Origin: Callorhinchus milii
Taxonomy: Eukaryota
Direction of reading: 5' to 3'
Assembly (NCBI RefSeq): GCF_018977255.1
Contig: NW_024704758.1
Location: 12,338,001 to 12,402,000 of the forward strand
DNA: 64,000 bases
The notes beneath the pieces are model-generated. The model was not told where the DNA came from. It searched no databases and worked only from the letters and a program-made list of their open reading frames with translations. The translations under genes and the position numbers were made by a program. Of this stretch, positions 11,001-26,000 are shown piece after piece (the first letter of the stretch is position 1; each line of letters starts with the position of its first letter).

Positions 11001-14000
11001 CTTCCAGATTTCATCTTTATTATCTGGCAAATTGCATGCTGCATTTGAATATATTATACATTCTTAAAAATACATTAACAATGAAATTGGTACAACATTA
11101 ATATTTAAATTGGAAACACTGACATACTTATATTCGGCTAAAAAAAACTACTTCCAGACCTCAAAGAGATACAGCATCACCCGGTAGCATTAAGAGGCTA
11201 AGTGGACTTTCATCAGAAAGAATTTTGGTTAAGTACGCACTAACATATTTTAAAATCTTAGGTAATTTATCAAAGTCTGGTCTCAGTGGTTTCACTCTAA
11301 CTATTTTGAAGGACACCTCATCCCAGGCGTACATTAAGGGTAGATTATTTAGGAGGCAGAAATCTTGAGGCTCACTCACAATTATGCATTCATCAATGCA
11401 TTCACATTTGTAGGTCATTGTCAACCTTAACATACAGGTCTAAGTCCAGCCTCCCCCACCCCTAGGCCCAAGCGCAAACTTGCTACAGCCGAGATCAATC
11501 AACTTGCAATTGCGTCACATTCATACAATTGTAACAAGAGTGAATACCAGGTGTGTGCTTTTTTTTTCATGCCGAGCACAGCATCAAACCAGAGAGAGAG
11601 AAAAAAATAATCTATAGTAGATCAAGACCTTTAGGAAGGCCTGTGGTGAAGCGTTGGAAAGGACCTTCTTGGGGACATGGAGAGAGGCTCTCCACATAAT
11701 GCACTTGGCCAGAGGTAACCTTCCACATTTTGTATATACCGTGGCCAAGCTTAAGATAACAGTATGGAAGGTCAAAAAGGAATTAAACTTGGTAAACCGT
11801 GTGCTAAGGCGTTTGATGAATATACTGCTTTCAATGGATGTTGTCCGTGCGACTGTCTGCTATGGAACCTAGACTGAACGCTGTAGCAAGCAACCTGTAA
11901 AAGGCTTATCGCGATTCCTACAGTCTGCAATTATGTATTCCTTCCACAAATGTGACCCTTTCAGAAGGAAATTCAACTTCCTGCCTAACTCCTAAGTAAT
12001 AATTCATGTGACAAAACTGCAGTGGCTGCTAAATGCTACAAGAATAGTGTTCAATAAGTTTTGCAAAAGTGCTCCTTTGAGGCACAGAAAAGTAAACTCG
12101 TAACAACCAAACACCCCCACCACCACGCCACTCTCTCATTCTCCCCCCCCACTCTCTCACTCTCTTCTCTCCACCAGATGGCGAGATATCTTCTTATTGG
12201 GAAGATATTGGGATCTAATGTGGCAAAATAACATTTTGGCTGACAAGGTACCTGAATGGCACCAGAAATAACAGACACACACCTCCTCTGATGCCCCAAG
12301 ATAGCTTGCCTTTGATCATTCCTATTTCTATGGTGAGGAGGAGGGAAGAATCTTGCTGCCAACTATTAAGCAAATTGGTTGTCTTTTCAAACCCCAACCA
12401 TAATGTGTTGCTACAACAGGATAGAAGATTCTCCAAACTCTCATTAATGTTGGAATGTGGATTTTTGTCCTAAATGCACCACAATGCCAGGACTAGGTTG
12501 ATATTTTCAACAGAGAATTGTGGCATGAGGTTGCTAGTTGACAACCCTAACCACTGGTAGAAAACTTAACAATACATTGCAATAATATTTGGGACTGGTT
12601 CTCCATCAGTTGTTGTGTCCACTAACTTAGGGAGTTCATTCAGCCACGTGGAGATCTGTGCCTAAAGCAGTTAAGAATTACGAAAAACACAAACCCCAGC
12701 CTGAAGACCTGAATGTTTGCCAGAGACCATAAATTGTTCACTTGGCAACAGAAATCATTTGAAGAGACTAAGCAACTCTGAATGCATTATTCATTCTAGT
12801 TATTGATCCATTTTGAAATTAAGCAAGAAGGGGTTATTAGCGATTATTGACTGATGAAATCAGTCTGCAGGTGAACCTCAAAAGCACTGCAGGAGTTATC
12901 TCACTTGATTTCAATCAATGCTTGTTGCTGTCTTGCCTGAGAATATTAAATATTATGCCACAGCAAAGGCAACAGCAGCAATTTAAAACAGTCTCTGTAC
13001 TTCCAAATCCCAGCAGCACGAAGAGAGAAAGAAAGTGTTCCTAATGTTCTTAAGGCAGCCATCTGAATGCCATAGCTTGCAGTGCCCTTTAGCTTCCAAG
13101 ACAATACACAGCAACATATCAGTGTCCAACTTCAAGATGTGCAACGTGAACCAATGGCATTCCTCACTTAGTTCTTTGAACTTAGCCCAGATAAACAGAA
13201 AGAGTCTATCAAAGAAAAGCTGGCAAACACATTAGAATAGCAAGGCTTGGCATTTTCCAAACTTTAAGATGGCCACACACACAGATTTTATTTTACTGGC
13301 AAAAGTAGAGATGCAGAATCAAAGGCACATTTGAGTGACAGTTGGCTTTCAGCTCAGATTGACAGCACCAGATGGTAATCTGTGAACAATTAAGAAGCAA
13401 AGTAATGCTTGATCCCCAAGGCATAGTAGTTAGCTGGATCTTTTCCTTAATCTCCATTTATGACCAAGTTGATTTATCATGTCAGAGATTAATCTCTTTA
13501 CGCAGATAACACTCTGCATTGTAATACTTCGGGATCACAAAGTGACTGCAGCTCTGATTTTAGAAACAATCTGCAAACAAGTGACATTCCTCATTGGTGG
13601 ACCAACAACTCAAAAGATCCCCAGCTTCAATTATTTTAGTAATTGCTGTAGACAGGATACGCTTGTCTAAGTCTGTTTCCTGTTGACAGCCAAGAAAGCT
13701 GCAAACAATTCTATGTTTAAGATTTACTGTAACAGGAAAATAATGTGTAGGTAAGGAATTATTGTGTTTAATCTCAGCTGTTTGGCTAGTACTTCCCAAT
13801 ATATAAAGAGTACCTATGATTTACAAATGGAACAATGAAATACAGGATTCAGTTTTCCTCATTAAATGGTATTTCATGTTTGGTCATTGTCTTCAATCTT
13901 TGGAATCATTGGAATAGCCAATCTATTATTATTTTATTATCATTGCAAAGATTATTGTTGATTGCATCTTGAAGTAAGTCTCCCTGTCATACAGCAAGTC

Positions 14001-17000
14001 GCAGAGATGAATCCTGGTGATAAGTTATAGTTAATTTTGAAGGCAAAGAACAAAGAACGTTTTAAATCACGGAAGGGTACCAAAAAGTTCATTTACTCAG
14101 AGTTCCATTAATTGAGGCTGACCAGTTGGTGTATTTCAGAAAGGAGTTGCCACTGTATGCATTAGCTCAAGATATTCTGTATTTTTAATGAGAGTGCACT
14201 GAATAAAAAGGACTCTCTTTGGATTGAAGTTTAGAGGAATGAAGCCACATTGGAGATTTCAGCCTTTAACCAATAATTCACAGGAGAGTAAGATGTGGTA
14301 GGTGCGTCATCATTCATGTGAGCTCATTTCAGTGGCTTGCCTTTCCAAACAAAATTAACTTCAACTTTCAGATAATTTTATGGATCGTCAGGAAATTGAA
14401 AATAATAATTTTCTTACATTCTGTTTTTAGCAAATAATAATTTTTTTTAAAAGGAACATACCCAACAAACAGCCAGGACTCCAAATAGACATTCAAGACC
14501 ATAATTATGGAAATATATTTCTGAATAGAATGTCACGTATGCACTTGAATTGACAAGTCCCTTTTTGTAATATGCAATTTGTATTAATTTTCTGTTTGAA
14601 GGAAAGATTGGTCATCTTCCTTTCAATTATATGCTGTGAGGTTGTGTGTTAAAACTGTAATAGAAATGTCAAAAACAACATTAGGCATAAATTATTCTCT
14701 CAAAAGCTAATACTAAATCACTAGCTATGTGAACCTGTCTGGAAGTCATAAATAATACGTTCAATTATCTTTATGCAACTTGAAACAGTTGGCTAAGATG
14801 TAAATTGTGGCTAAGTGACCTGATAACAGTATTGTTCTGGACTGAGTCAGATGGTCTTAGCCAGCAATCCGTCGCATCTTGGCTCATCCCTTTCCAGGGA
14901 GGATGAAAACTAACACGTCTTCCCTTCTCACTCCCAACTGAATCCTACTTAAAAAAATCCAGGTTTCCAAATGTATCACAAATGTATAAACAATGCAAAA
15001 CCAAGGAACATCAAGGAAGCTAATACGGGTAAATGTGACCTGACAGATTGCTGCAATGATGCTTTTAGAGACCTATTTAGATACAACGTCCGAGACGAAC
15101 CAAAAAGAAAATGCCCACGCGATAGCCTAACAGTGGTCGGAATTTAAGAAAACAAACAGAAATGAAACCTGCTCACTGCTATGTGCTGCAGTTGGTACTA
15201 ATTAGGTCCCAGAGTACACTGCCAGTTGCCACTTGAGGATGCGGTTGAAGAAGTGCAGCCCTTTTATCCACTATTGAAGTGCACCCAACAGCAGAAACCA
15301 ATTTAAAACCTAAAAAAAGCCCAGCCCCACTGAGCCTCAACCAGCAGTCTTTATTCCCCCTTCACCAGTGAATTAGAGGAGGATTAACCCTTGAACTCCT
15401 GAATAAACATCAACATGCGTTGAATCTCAAATTAGACTGAACATATACTACTAAACGAAAATCAAGCTTAAAGTATTTATTTCCCATTTTTCCCCAACAT
15501 GGTGTGGCAGCACAATGTGAATTAATGTTGAGCACAATGTTGAGCACTACAGGCCACAGAAGAAAGCCTGTCAAAGTCAAACACACACATGGGGAAAAGA
15601 AGGTCATCTACAAAATAACTCTACAGTTCAGTTGTGCAGATAGTGCATAAAAGCAGGAGGCTTCCTTCAAATACCAACAGGAATCGGTTCTCCTGTGCAG
15701 GCACAAGATTTCACTGTGTGTTCAACTGCAAGCTTTGCAAGATGCTAGAGTAATTCAAATGTGCTGCTGCTATGTTTCCCCATTGATTCGGAGGAAAGAA
15801 AATAAAATCTCTCAAAACAGTTTGACTGAACTTCTCATAGCGTTAACAGGAGCAAAAAAAAATTAAACAGGATGACCACTCCTGATAATTGTGTAGTGAC
15901 CTATGCTCAACTTCTAGCAGCCCGTAATCTTGCAGGGTCATTGATTGAGAGGGGAGGCAGAGAGAGAGAAAGAAATCCTTTTAGCAAGCACCTTTGAAGC
16001 TGAATCACAGATAGCATTGACATTGCCCTTAAGAGAGGGCAATGGGCTGATCAGACCATCCTCATTATCAACGACAAGATGCAATGCAGGAGGATAACTG
16101 GGCGGGGATACGAGAGGAGGTGGCGGCAGGAGTGAGCACAGAAGAGAGAGCAAAGAGAATTCTGTATTTTAACAAATATAAAATAGCAGCCTATATGCAC
16201 TTGGCAAAGGTTAGAAGGCAGTGAAATTATGATTGGCAGATCTCCTTCATATGCCTGTGAGCACTCAGAAGACATCAATCAATCATAACTCATTTGACTC
16301 CTGAAAACAGTCTGATTGAAAGGTACTTTTAAGCACAAATAGCAGCCAAAAAGAATAGATGAGCCTCACTGAGGCTACCTTGACAAATCATGATGACTGT
16401 GTAATGTGATGCTCAATTTAACCATGCAAGTCAGAGCTGCTCGTTTACCGCAGGAAGGAAAAAAAACGAGGCTTAAAATCTGCAAGGTAATAATAATCCT
16501 TGCATTTGATACAGCGCCTTATGGTGTCTCAAAGAGATTCGCAGCATATACAGCAAAGTGGTGTGACTGTGAATTTTATTATTATTATATTTTATTTATT
16601 TTATATTTTATGGGCAAACGCGGCAAATGTTGGCCAGAAGACCCGGAGAAACTCCCTTCTCTTTTCAAATGGTGCCCTACAAAATAGGATGTCCAAGAGC
16701 AAAGTCACTCAGCAAGTCCTTGTGGCTTGATTAGCACAGATGAGGCCAGGTCATGACTTATTGTTTAAACAAATCATCTTGATGGCAGGACAGTAGGATG
16801 GGTATTCTGGAAGGATGAGATCAAATGGGTCAAATGGTCCTCCTTCTTCATCCAAACCTTATCTGTTGATTCCCCTATTCTGGTTCTATATCCAATACAA
16901 AATACCTCATCATAGTCTTATATTGTTTTTTAAAATTGGGCCAAATCACTATCTCATATTTTCCCCAGTCAGAAAATATCCTTAACTTCCACTTCAGATT

Positions 17001-20000
17001 TCACCTGCTTCGTACCCATTATTGTCGCCATTGCAATGCACGAGGGGTTATTCACAACCAGAAAGTTTCAAGCTAAATTTGGATGCCAGCAGGAATAGGC
17101 TTCCAACTTGCACAACTGATTTACAAAGGTAACAGGAAAGCAAAAGGATTTCGGGTTTTAGACATCCTGAACACGTACTCTATAGGAGACTAAATGGGGC
17201 ACATTTTATTGACATTTAGGATTGAACAATCTTGTTGCTTATTTTATGTGTGCTTCGAAATAAAACAAAAACGCCAAGAGACGTAGAGAACGTGAAACCA
17301 AGGGTACTCATTTGCCACTTCAACTAAATATAAAAATACCCTCAGTGCAACAGGGAATGTCACTGGAAAAGTGCAATTAAAGTACTTCGAGGAGAGATGC
17401 AAAATATTTCCTTGCTTTAATATATTCTCTTTTGTTACGGACCTGAGACAAGTGCCTTTAAATTGGTTTTTCCTGCACTTGGCTCACATGTTCCATAAAT
17501 TCGTTTTTTTCAGTAATATATTGTGCTTGACAGGTATTATTATGGGAGGAATGGACTTGATACTTACTGCGATTAAGATTTGGGCACTGTATTATATATC
17601 CATTAGGCATTAGAATGATCTTGACATCTTGCATAATGCCCTAAAAAAATTGAGAAATGGGAAAGAAAATTTACATAAACCACATTATGACACAAATGTC
17701 AAATATCACTATTCAGGTGGATGGAATTGCTTGCAAATGGCTTGAACAATTTCTTACAGGGAAAAGCAGATATTTGCTGAAATATACTTGATGACAGTAG
17801 GGTATAAAGCTTAGTTGTATCTTGCAGCAGCGCTTACCCACACCCGATCTGGTCTATCATTGTACGGTTCTACAAAATTATGTTCTCTTTAATTTATAGG
17901 ACAATTAAACACAGACGTCCTTTCACATTATATTTAGGTTATGGGACATTCAAACAGATAAAATGTTTAACTGCCAAAAGCACCTTCGTGACAAGGGCAA
18001 AATGCAATAGCACTTGGGTCAAACAATATGATGGACCCTTTATTGTTAGTTTGTTAAATGACTCAATTCAAACACTTCCACACTCCATTCATAACAAAAT
18101 CAAAACTGCTAAAAAATATCATTGCCATCAATTAAGTCAGATTCAACATAAAGATTTGTTTGCAAATCAAATGGCCTTGATTACAGCAAATTTCAATTAG
18201 ACAATGTTGTATGCTGGTTTTCTGTGTAATTGCTCAGTGACGAAAGGTACAAATTTATGCAGTATAGTATTTCATCAAAGGTATCTTGCACCTGGATCAC
18301 CCTGGAACTCTCAGATGCATCTATATTTTGGCCTAGATCTGAATTCACTGGAACATGGGTAATGTGCATCTCTTAGAACAAATTGCACTGCGCAGGGAAA
18401 AGGTGTGAAGGTCAGGTATGTTGACTGAAGGGATTTGATATTCTACGGGCAGACTAGTTATGGAATCTATACCTGGAGTTTGCTCTCAAATTTGATGTGC
18501 TTATTTGCACTTCCTATTCATTTCAAATGGAATTGGGGGATTATAACCAACCATGCACTGCACTATTGCTGCTGAAGGAAACAAAACAGTCTCGGCTTTT
18601 AGTTGAGCTCCTTGAAAACAGCAAATAGCACCCCCCCCCGCACATATTACTGAAGAGATAGGTACAGAGACAGCATGTAAATCCAAAACAGTTAATTAGA
18701 AACTATCTCGCTTCATTATGCAGGGTTTTGAATTATGCAGGCTTATGATGGGGGACAAAGCACAGGAATGTTTTTTTAAAGTAAACACAGAGTCATCTTT
18801 AAACATTAGCATTAACAAATGGGTCTATTCTAATCAGGTGCCCAGCCAATACTAAAATAATGCAACAATGGTTTGATATTTATGGGATACTGATGAATCT
18901 TGTTGCAAATATGTGCAATAACTACCAGAACTGAATACTTAATATTGAGTTCAATGGTGACTTTAAACATGCATAATATAAATACATAAATACTGGAGCC
19001 AGCCAAGCTACGAACATCAGCAACTTTCCTTCCAGCTAAAAGTTAAGTCAGATAAATTTCAAGTGGCCAACTGCATAGCAATATTTTGAGGCCGTGAAAT
19101 TTAGACGCTGTTCATTCATTACAATACTATCATTTAGCAACAAATGGTAAAGTGACACGTTTTCACAATTCTGTTTTTAGATGCCATTCAGACTGAGGTT
19201 AAACAATCAATCTAATTGGGTTCACGTGCTGCAGAGACTCAAATTAAGTTTAATTCAATGGAAAACTATTAATTTGTCATTCTAAAATCTTAAAGGCACA
19301 TGGCAGCTTTATTTGCAGATATGTACCCTCAGTTATATAACTGACCAGCAACAGTGATCACCCATGTTAGGCATAGGTACTGGTACCCAGAGGCCTGTAA
19401 GCAAATGCACATCTTTCTGAGCAAGGACCATCTCCTAACACAAATAAAAAGCTCTCACAGCAAGACTGGAGAAAAAATATTGCCTTTGAAAAAAAAACAT
19501 TTTCCAAGAATGTATGAAAACCCAAACTGAGATAAGAGTAAGTACTTTATTTTTTAATGAATTTTAATATGCAGGGATATGGATCAAGGAACAAGGTAAC
19601 ATAGAAATGCAGAATGACAATGCATTCAGATTGCAACTTCAATTATAGTAGCCTTTCAAATTGAAGATGATGGAAAGTCAAATGGAATAAGGTCTTGTAA
19701 TGGGCTTCAATTGATGTTTCAACCACTACTTCCACTGCCATCTTAACATTTTTTTTAAAAAAAGGCAAAGGTTTTACTGCACTCCTTTCAATAACTTCAA
19801 TTATATAACATCAAAACTGCACACATCAGTTCTCTATTTGTGACAATGTTTAAACCATTTGGGAGTCACTGCCTAATTCATAAACATTTTCAAAATTACT
19901 TTTTCCACAACTTTAGCCAATAATATCATTTTAAAACTTTTAAATAATAACCTTTACATTTCAAATAACTCCTGTCACATCAGGAAGACATCTCAAAGTG

Positions 20001-23000
20001 CTTGACTGGATTTACCGTAGAATGTAGTCACTGCGCATTTTGTAGGCTTAAATTTGCACAGAGAGTTTTCCCACAAACAGCTATAAAGTAAATGACCCAT
20101 TTTTATCTGGCCAGGAAACTGGGAGAAATGCCTTCATTTTTTTTCAAATAATAGCATGCAATTTTTAACGTCTAACCTAAACAAGCAGATGGGCACTCGG
20201 TTTAAAGTCTCACCTGAAGGACAACACTTCTGACAAAGTAACACTTCTCCAGCATCTCTACAGTCTTGAATGTTTATGCATTGAGCAATGCAATTAATTT
20301 AAATATAGCGCTAATATTCTTTTGATGTTGTTCCTCTCTCCTGTCCCACACACAAAACAACAGCCAACAGCATTCAAAAAATCTTATATTTTTGAAGGCA
20401 TTTTAATCACAAAGTAACATAGAAAACCAATAGAGCAAAACCAAAGAAAAATAATATGCCAACTGTTGCAATAAAACAGTAAGGAAAGAAAATGACACTG
20501 AAGAAATTTTATATTCCAGAGCTCATTTCTTTGCTGCCAATCACATTATTTTGGATGAAAATACTTCTGTTGTTTATACAAACGCTAAAAATACTTTTCA
20601 ACTGGCAGGCCCAACTGCATGAATATTTAAAATATGTGCTTTGAATTATTGCTACGTGTGAAATAAACACATTCTGAAATAAATATATTACTTCCACCAC
20701 TATGTTCATATCAGAATATTAAGTTGCATCTCTGCTGCTTTAATGCAACCAATGGGTGTAAACTGACCACAGAATGGACTGAAAGATTGCAACAGTTTAA
20801 ACCATTGCCATCAGTACAACTTACCTTAAAGAGTCCATGTTTACTGTTGCGTTGGCCAAGCCACAAGCTGATACTTGGAGTAAGACTGGTCTGAGGTGAA
20901 TCAATAACACGTTCATAAATTCTGTGGGAAAAAAATATTCAACTGTAAATTGAAAATCTGTGTATTGACAACGATGATAATGACAACTATTCAGTAACAA
21001 TGTGTGGCTTGTTCATATTCCACATGAACAAAGGTATGGTGAGTGCCCCACCTCCACTGGTCATAATAATTATAATAATTGATCCGCTATTTAAAGACTC
21101 CTGAGTCTTTTTTTAAAAAAAATAATCAACTTTCAACCCCAAAATCCTCGCCTCCTTAATTTCATCTAGTGAATGAGCAGCTACCACATCTTCAAGCTTT
21201 TCATTTACTTTAAACTTCAAGAAATGTACATGGGTTTTGGTGAAGTAAACTAGCTCAAATATGTACACGGCTGCGGATGTGTCTGGTGCAGTTACTTCAG
21301 GACCTAAAATCAAAAAGGAAAGAGGCTAACCTTTGAGTGACAATGCCACTCTTTTGATCATTCAATGGAAGTATTTGATTCCTACCATCTGCTTAGGTCA
21401 CGATAGACATTATACAGTTTCCCTCCCCCAATTTACAGTAGTTGTCTGACTTGTTTGGAAATTAAATTATGCATCATCTACTTATAATGAGTTGGAGGAA
21501 ACTATGAAATCAGAAACTTTGAACAGTATAATAATATTCCAGATGAATTAATTTCAAATGTTTCTGCTGAGACATTTCCATCCGGAAATAGTTTTGTGGA
21601 AATGATTTTACTGAGGACTTATTCACTGTTTGACATTCACCATTTTCATTATCATGTCATGCAAAATACCACAACGCAGGTTTTTGAGGTTTTATAGATT
21701 CCTCAGAGGTGCGTATCTCATTCTGAGTAAGTAGAAATGTCAATAGGAACTCAGAATCCTTAGGGTAAGAGTTCAGATGAGAAACAGCAGAGGGTCAGGG
21801 TAATTAAATAGACACATGTGCAAACAGTTCATTAAAAGGAAACATTTCAATTTGGTTTAGTGTAGCATTAAATCAAATCCTCACTGTAATCTCCAGTTGG
21901 GTAGTAGCCCTAAATCTCTCCCGTCAGGTCTTGTAGTCACAAGTTTCAATTCCATTAAGGCCAACGTTTCAGTGTACCAGTTCCATTAGCAATTAGCATA
22001 AACTGTCAAGAAATCATGCTTATATTATAACCTTCAGACGGATAAGTCTTGTACTTTTCAGCTCCTCAAAGCAGACAAGCCATCACAATGGAGACAGTTC
22101 CACTCTCCCTACTGAGGGTCTTCCAGTTAATGCACTGATAATATTTTAGAATGTATCATTTCAATCAAAAGGAGGGTTCAGATGAGACCAGTATTTAATG
22201 TCAATTACGGTCTGAGTTTCTGTTTTGATAATTGCAACTAGAATACTGTAGAAGTTTAATTTAACCCTCTGCATGCATGAAGAAGGTTAAGGTTCTACAT
22301 CTTGCTGGAGATTAACTGGCTCCGAGACGACACACCGGGCAAAAAGAAGCCATTTCTCAATAATCGAGGGAAAAGGTGGAGATGTGGACATGTCTTCAAC
22401 TTTTATACCTGAGCTGTATTTGATAGAGTAGTCCTTACTGCACAAGTGCCAATTTGTTTGGATGAAAATAATGGGAATTGAGAAAATAGCAATGAAGGAG
22501 ATACCAATTTTGGAACTAAGCCAAAGCTTTCAACAAGAAATCACACAATAAACACGAGTCAAGCTCAAATAATTTCCACTCATTGTCTTAACCCATGCAC
22601 TGGATTATAGCTTTTACTTCCCTCATTACGAAAATTATATACCATTCGTAATTATTCAGGGAAACTATTTAAACACATTGTTCTACCTTCAGCTACTGTT
22701 GATTAACTGCTTTTTGTGAAATGAATTGAGCACCGTGGGTTAGACTCCTATGTGAAATATAAAGTGCAGAGGACAGTATTGGTTGCAACGCACATCCATT
22801 GCTTTGTGATGAAATCACTGGAAGATTGAAAGCTCACACACTCAATGCTTGACTCTATCTAATATTGTCTAAATTATTTGTAGCTCATAACATTATATTT
22901 GTATTTAGCCAGGTCAAGCAAGTAAATTTACAATACACAGGAGGTGTTTCAAAATGAAACCTCAACTCAGTGCGTCACGCAAGGCAGTGATGAATGCTGT

Positions 23001-26000
23001 CCCTTTTGCACAAAACAATCTGATGCAAAAACAAGTTTCTAACCTACAGACTGCAGAGGTCTCCATTTCAAATTAAACACTGTCATACTACATCATGCCC
23101 AAGGTGAATGGGACATCAGCTTCAAATGAATCCTAGTTAGAGTGGTCCTGGCAGACCAGGTATTTGACTGCATTCATGCAGTGTTTCTCCTCATAAATTA
23201 ACAAAAAAAATTACTATACCACGCACAGAGTCATCCCTTTCTCATTCAAAAGTAATGCGTAAATCAACAAGTCACTCAACCAGCACCTTGTGTGGAGATC
23301 GTGCACTTGTACTTTCTTGAGAAACAGCGCGTTGCCAAAGCAACACCGAATACATGAGTGCACTCCTACACAGTTCAGAAGAGAGCATCACGTTGACATT
23401 CAGTGAAACTCCACAGGAAATATGAAGTTTCGAAACCCATGAAAAGCCAGTCATGTAGATTTAACCATTAAATGCTGAGGTTCACATATTTCAATCTGCA
23501 GTGCAGAAAGATTGCCTTTTTCCCTCATTCCAAGTTAATATTCCACTGGCTCTTTATTACATTTTAAATATAAGATTCAATACTCTTCAGATTTTCTTTA
23601 GACATAATCTTTACAACATCAGAAGCGATCTGTAAAGAGTTTCATAGCTACCAGATTAACCATTGACAAAGCAAACAGAACAATAATCATCATAACTTAG
23701 AATTTATACAGAATAATAGCTAAATCTCTAAACGTACATAATAAATGCAGGTGTAATTTGTGTACCATTTAGGTCATTGCCCCCATTCCACATCTCTGGT
23801 CAAAACACTTGCAACAGCTAGAATTTTATTCAGCTGTATAACAATGCATCATTAGAGAGATTTCTGGATGCTGGAATTTTCATTTCCTAATATTGGGAAC
23901 TCACCCACATCATTAAGAGCTGTCAATGCAAGAAAAGCAGTTGATGCTGCATTGATTAATTCCCTTAAAGAAATAACTGGGTAAGTGACTGCTTGGCAAT
24001 AACATATGGAACAGGTACAGAATGAGACGAACTAATCCTCCATGGGAAGTAATAAATTCTGTACTACTGGGTCCCAGAAGAGGGAGATAAAGGAAGGAAA
24101 GAAAATGTTATCTGTGGAGGGACCGAGACCAAAGTTCAGTTGTGTAGTTATAGGAATGAAAGAATCGTCTGCTGTGTTCAGTTTCTCTTACCTGCTGCAA
24201 TCCACATGTAACAAGAGGTGGGAAGCGCTGACCGAAAGTGCAATCCTGTGCCACTGACCATCAGCCAGTCGATATGGAAATACTTCTGTTCGAGATTTCC
24301 CATCAAAACGGTAGTGATATCTAATCTCATCCCTTTGTCCACTGCTTTCCAGTTCAAAGTACCTAGATTCAGAACAACAAATAATGGGATAAAGCTATTC
24401 TGCAGTACCTAATAATAATTCATGCAAATGATATGATGTAGCATTGTTTAGACACATGGTGTTAAACGCATCATTCTGCACATATTCTATTAACCGACTT
24501 TGGAAAAATTTAATTTTCTTTGCTAATTGCTTATCCAAGTTTTATTTCCAACCAGATAAACCACGGACATGTTTGCCCATTTGAGGAAACTCAAGTCAGA
24601 ACTATCTGAATGACTGACCATTTTTCAATAAAACAAATTGTAAAGTCATGTCATCGTAGGATTCAGTGATTGAGACTCAAAGACCAAAGAGTATGAGGGC
24701 AGACGTATAGCATACCGTACACCTACATACCCGAGACAAGAACAACTTATAGCTAGGAGTTAGAAATAGATTTTTCAAATCCATTCATTCTACGCCACTT
24801 CCAATGGTAACTTAGATCAAAGGACAGTCTCAGTGACTGGTTTGATGAATGGTCTGGTTATTGTTCTGTGCAACCTCTTGCCATTTCTAAGGAGAAAGAA
24901 TCCAAACAATTAGAAAAGGTCAATTTATCCCATTCAGACCATATCCTTTTCCAAGAACATGTAGCTTAGAATAAGGGCATTTAAAACTCATCCAATGGTA
25001 ACCTTTGGGTCAAAGATTTAACGACAAACAATAATTCTTGTGAATTCCTGAGATCGTTTAAATTTGGTAAAAATGTTTTCCACCTCATATGCTGAAAATA
25101 CATTCTCCCTTAAATAGTAGCCTACCTGCCTTGTGCTGGCTTCTATGTGGCCCCAAAAAAGATGCGATGGGATTTTGTTTTCAGCATCTTAATCAGGGAC
25201 ATTGAAGCAGGAATAGAATGCTGGAACTCGATGTGTGTAACCTTTTTAGTAAAAGATGATTTTTTGGTTTTGTCACTCTAACATTTCTGCATGTGATATT
25301 TCTGCCTTTAATATAGAAAAAAAGAGCTAAAGCCATCACACCGCTTCTTTTGGTGCTGTTCTCTCAGCTGGAAGCTTGAAATGACCTGATAGAGCAATAT
25401 CACATTGAAAGGAAAGCACTACCTGAACCAGAAAACATGGTTACTTCCACAACCTGAAACTTGGCAAATACGCAAGTAATCTGAAAACAAATGTTAGAGT
25501 TATATATCCTCCCTTAATTCGTTGAGATGAACAATCTCAGAGACAGGGAGTGAAGAAAAAACTATCCAGTTTGGGCAGCCAGCATGAGCACAAGTACTCT
25601 CAATCATAAGCATAGTCTATATAAAGGAAAGCTCTCTCTACTCTGTTCAATGCCAAAAATCCCTAACTTCCCAATGGGAATTACCCAGCTGCTACCAAAA
25701 AAAATCATCCTCACTATCTTAAGTGGCATTACCAATTTACTGTCAATTTAAGCTGTTTTTGTCCTGCGGGATTACGACCACCAAGAAATAGATCAAAAAT
25801 CATTTCACATAAAGCCCTTCAGCCAGCAAAGAAAGCTAACTTTCATTTCATCAGTCAAGGCCTGATTTAAACCCTCATCCCAAAGGTGAGAGGACAGTGT
25901 ACTCGATCATAATACCACTCCCTTCCCAATTAGAATTTTAATCAACTAGGCAGATACAATTTTAATCAACTAGATCCATTAGCTTCCCTTTTTGTCAGTG

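Noticed and set aside
17838-17869. Possible 32-nt poison micro-exon (TTTGTAG...TGG|GTAAGC) in NELL1 intron 5
   Set aside because: Good donor but poor pyrimidine tract; frame-shifting, with no homology. Such pseudo-exons are common by chance and would need RNA-seq support.
25935-25975. 16-nt direct repeat AATTTTAATCAACTAG
   Set aside because: Simple local duplication; the two units are only 8 nt apart, so it is neither an array nor a plausible TSD.
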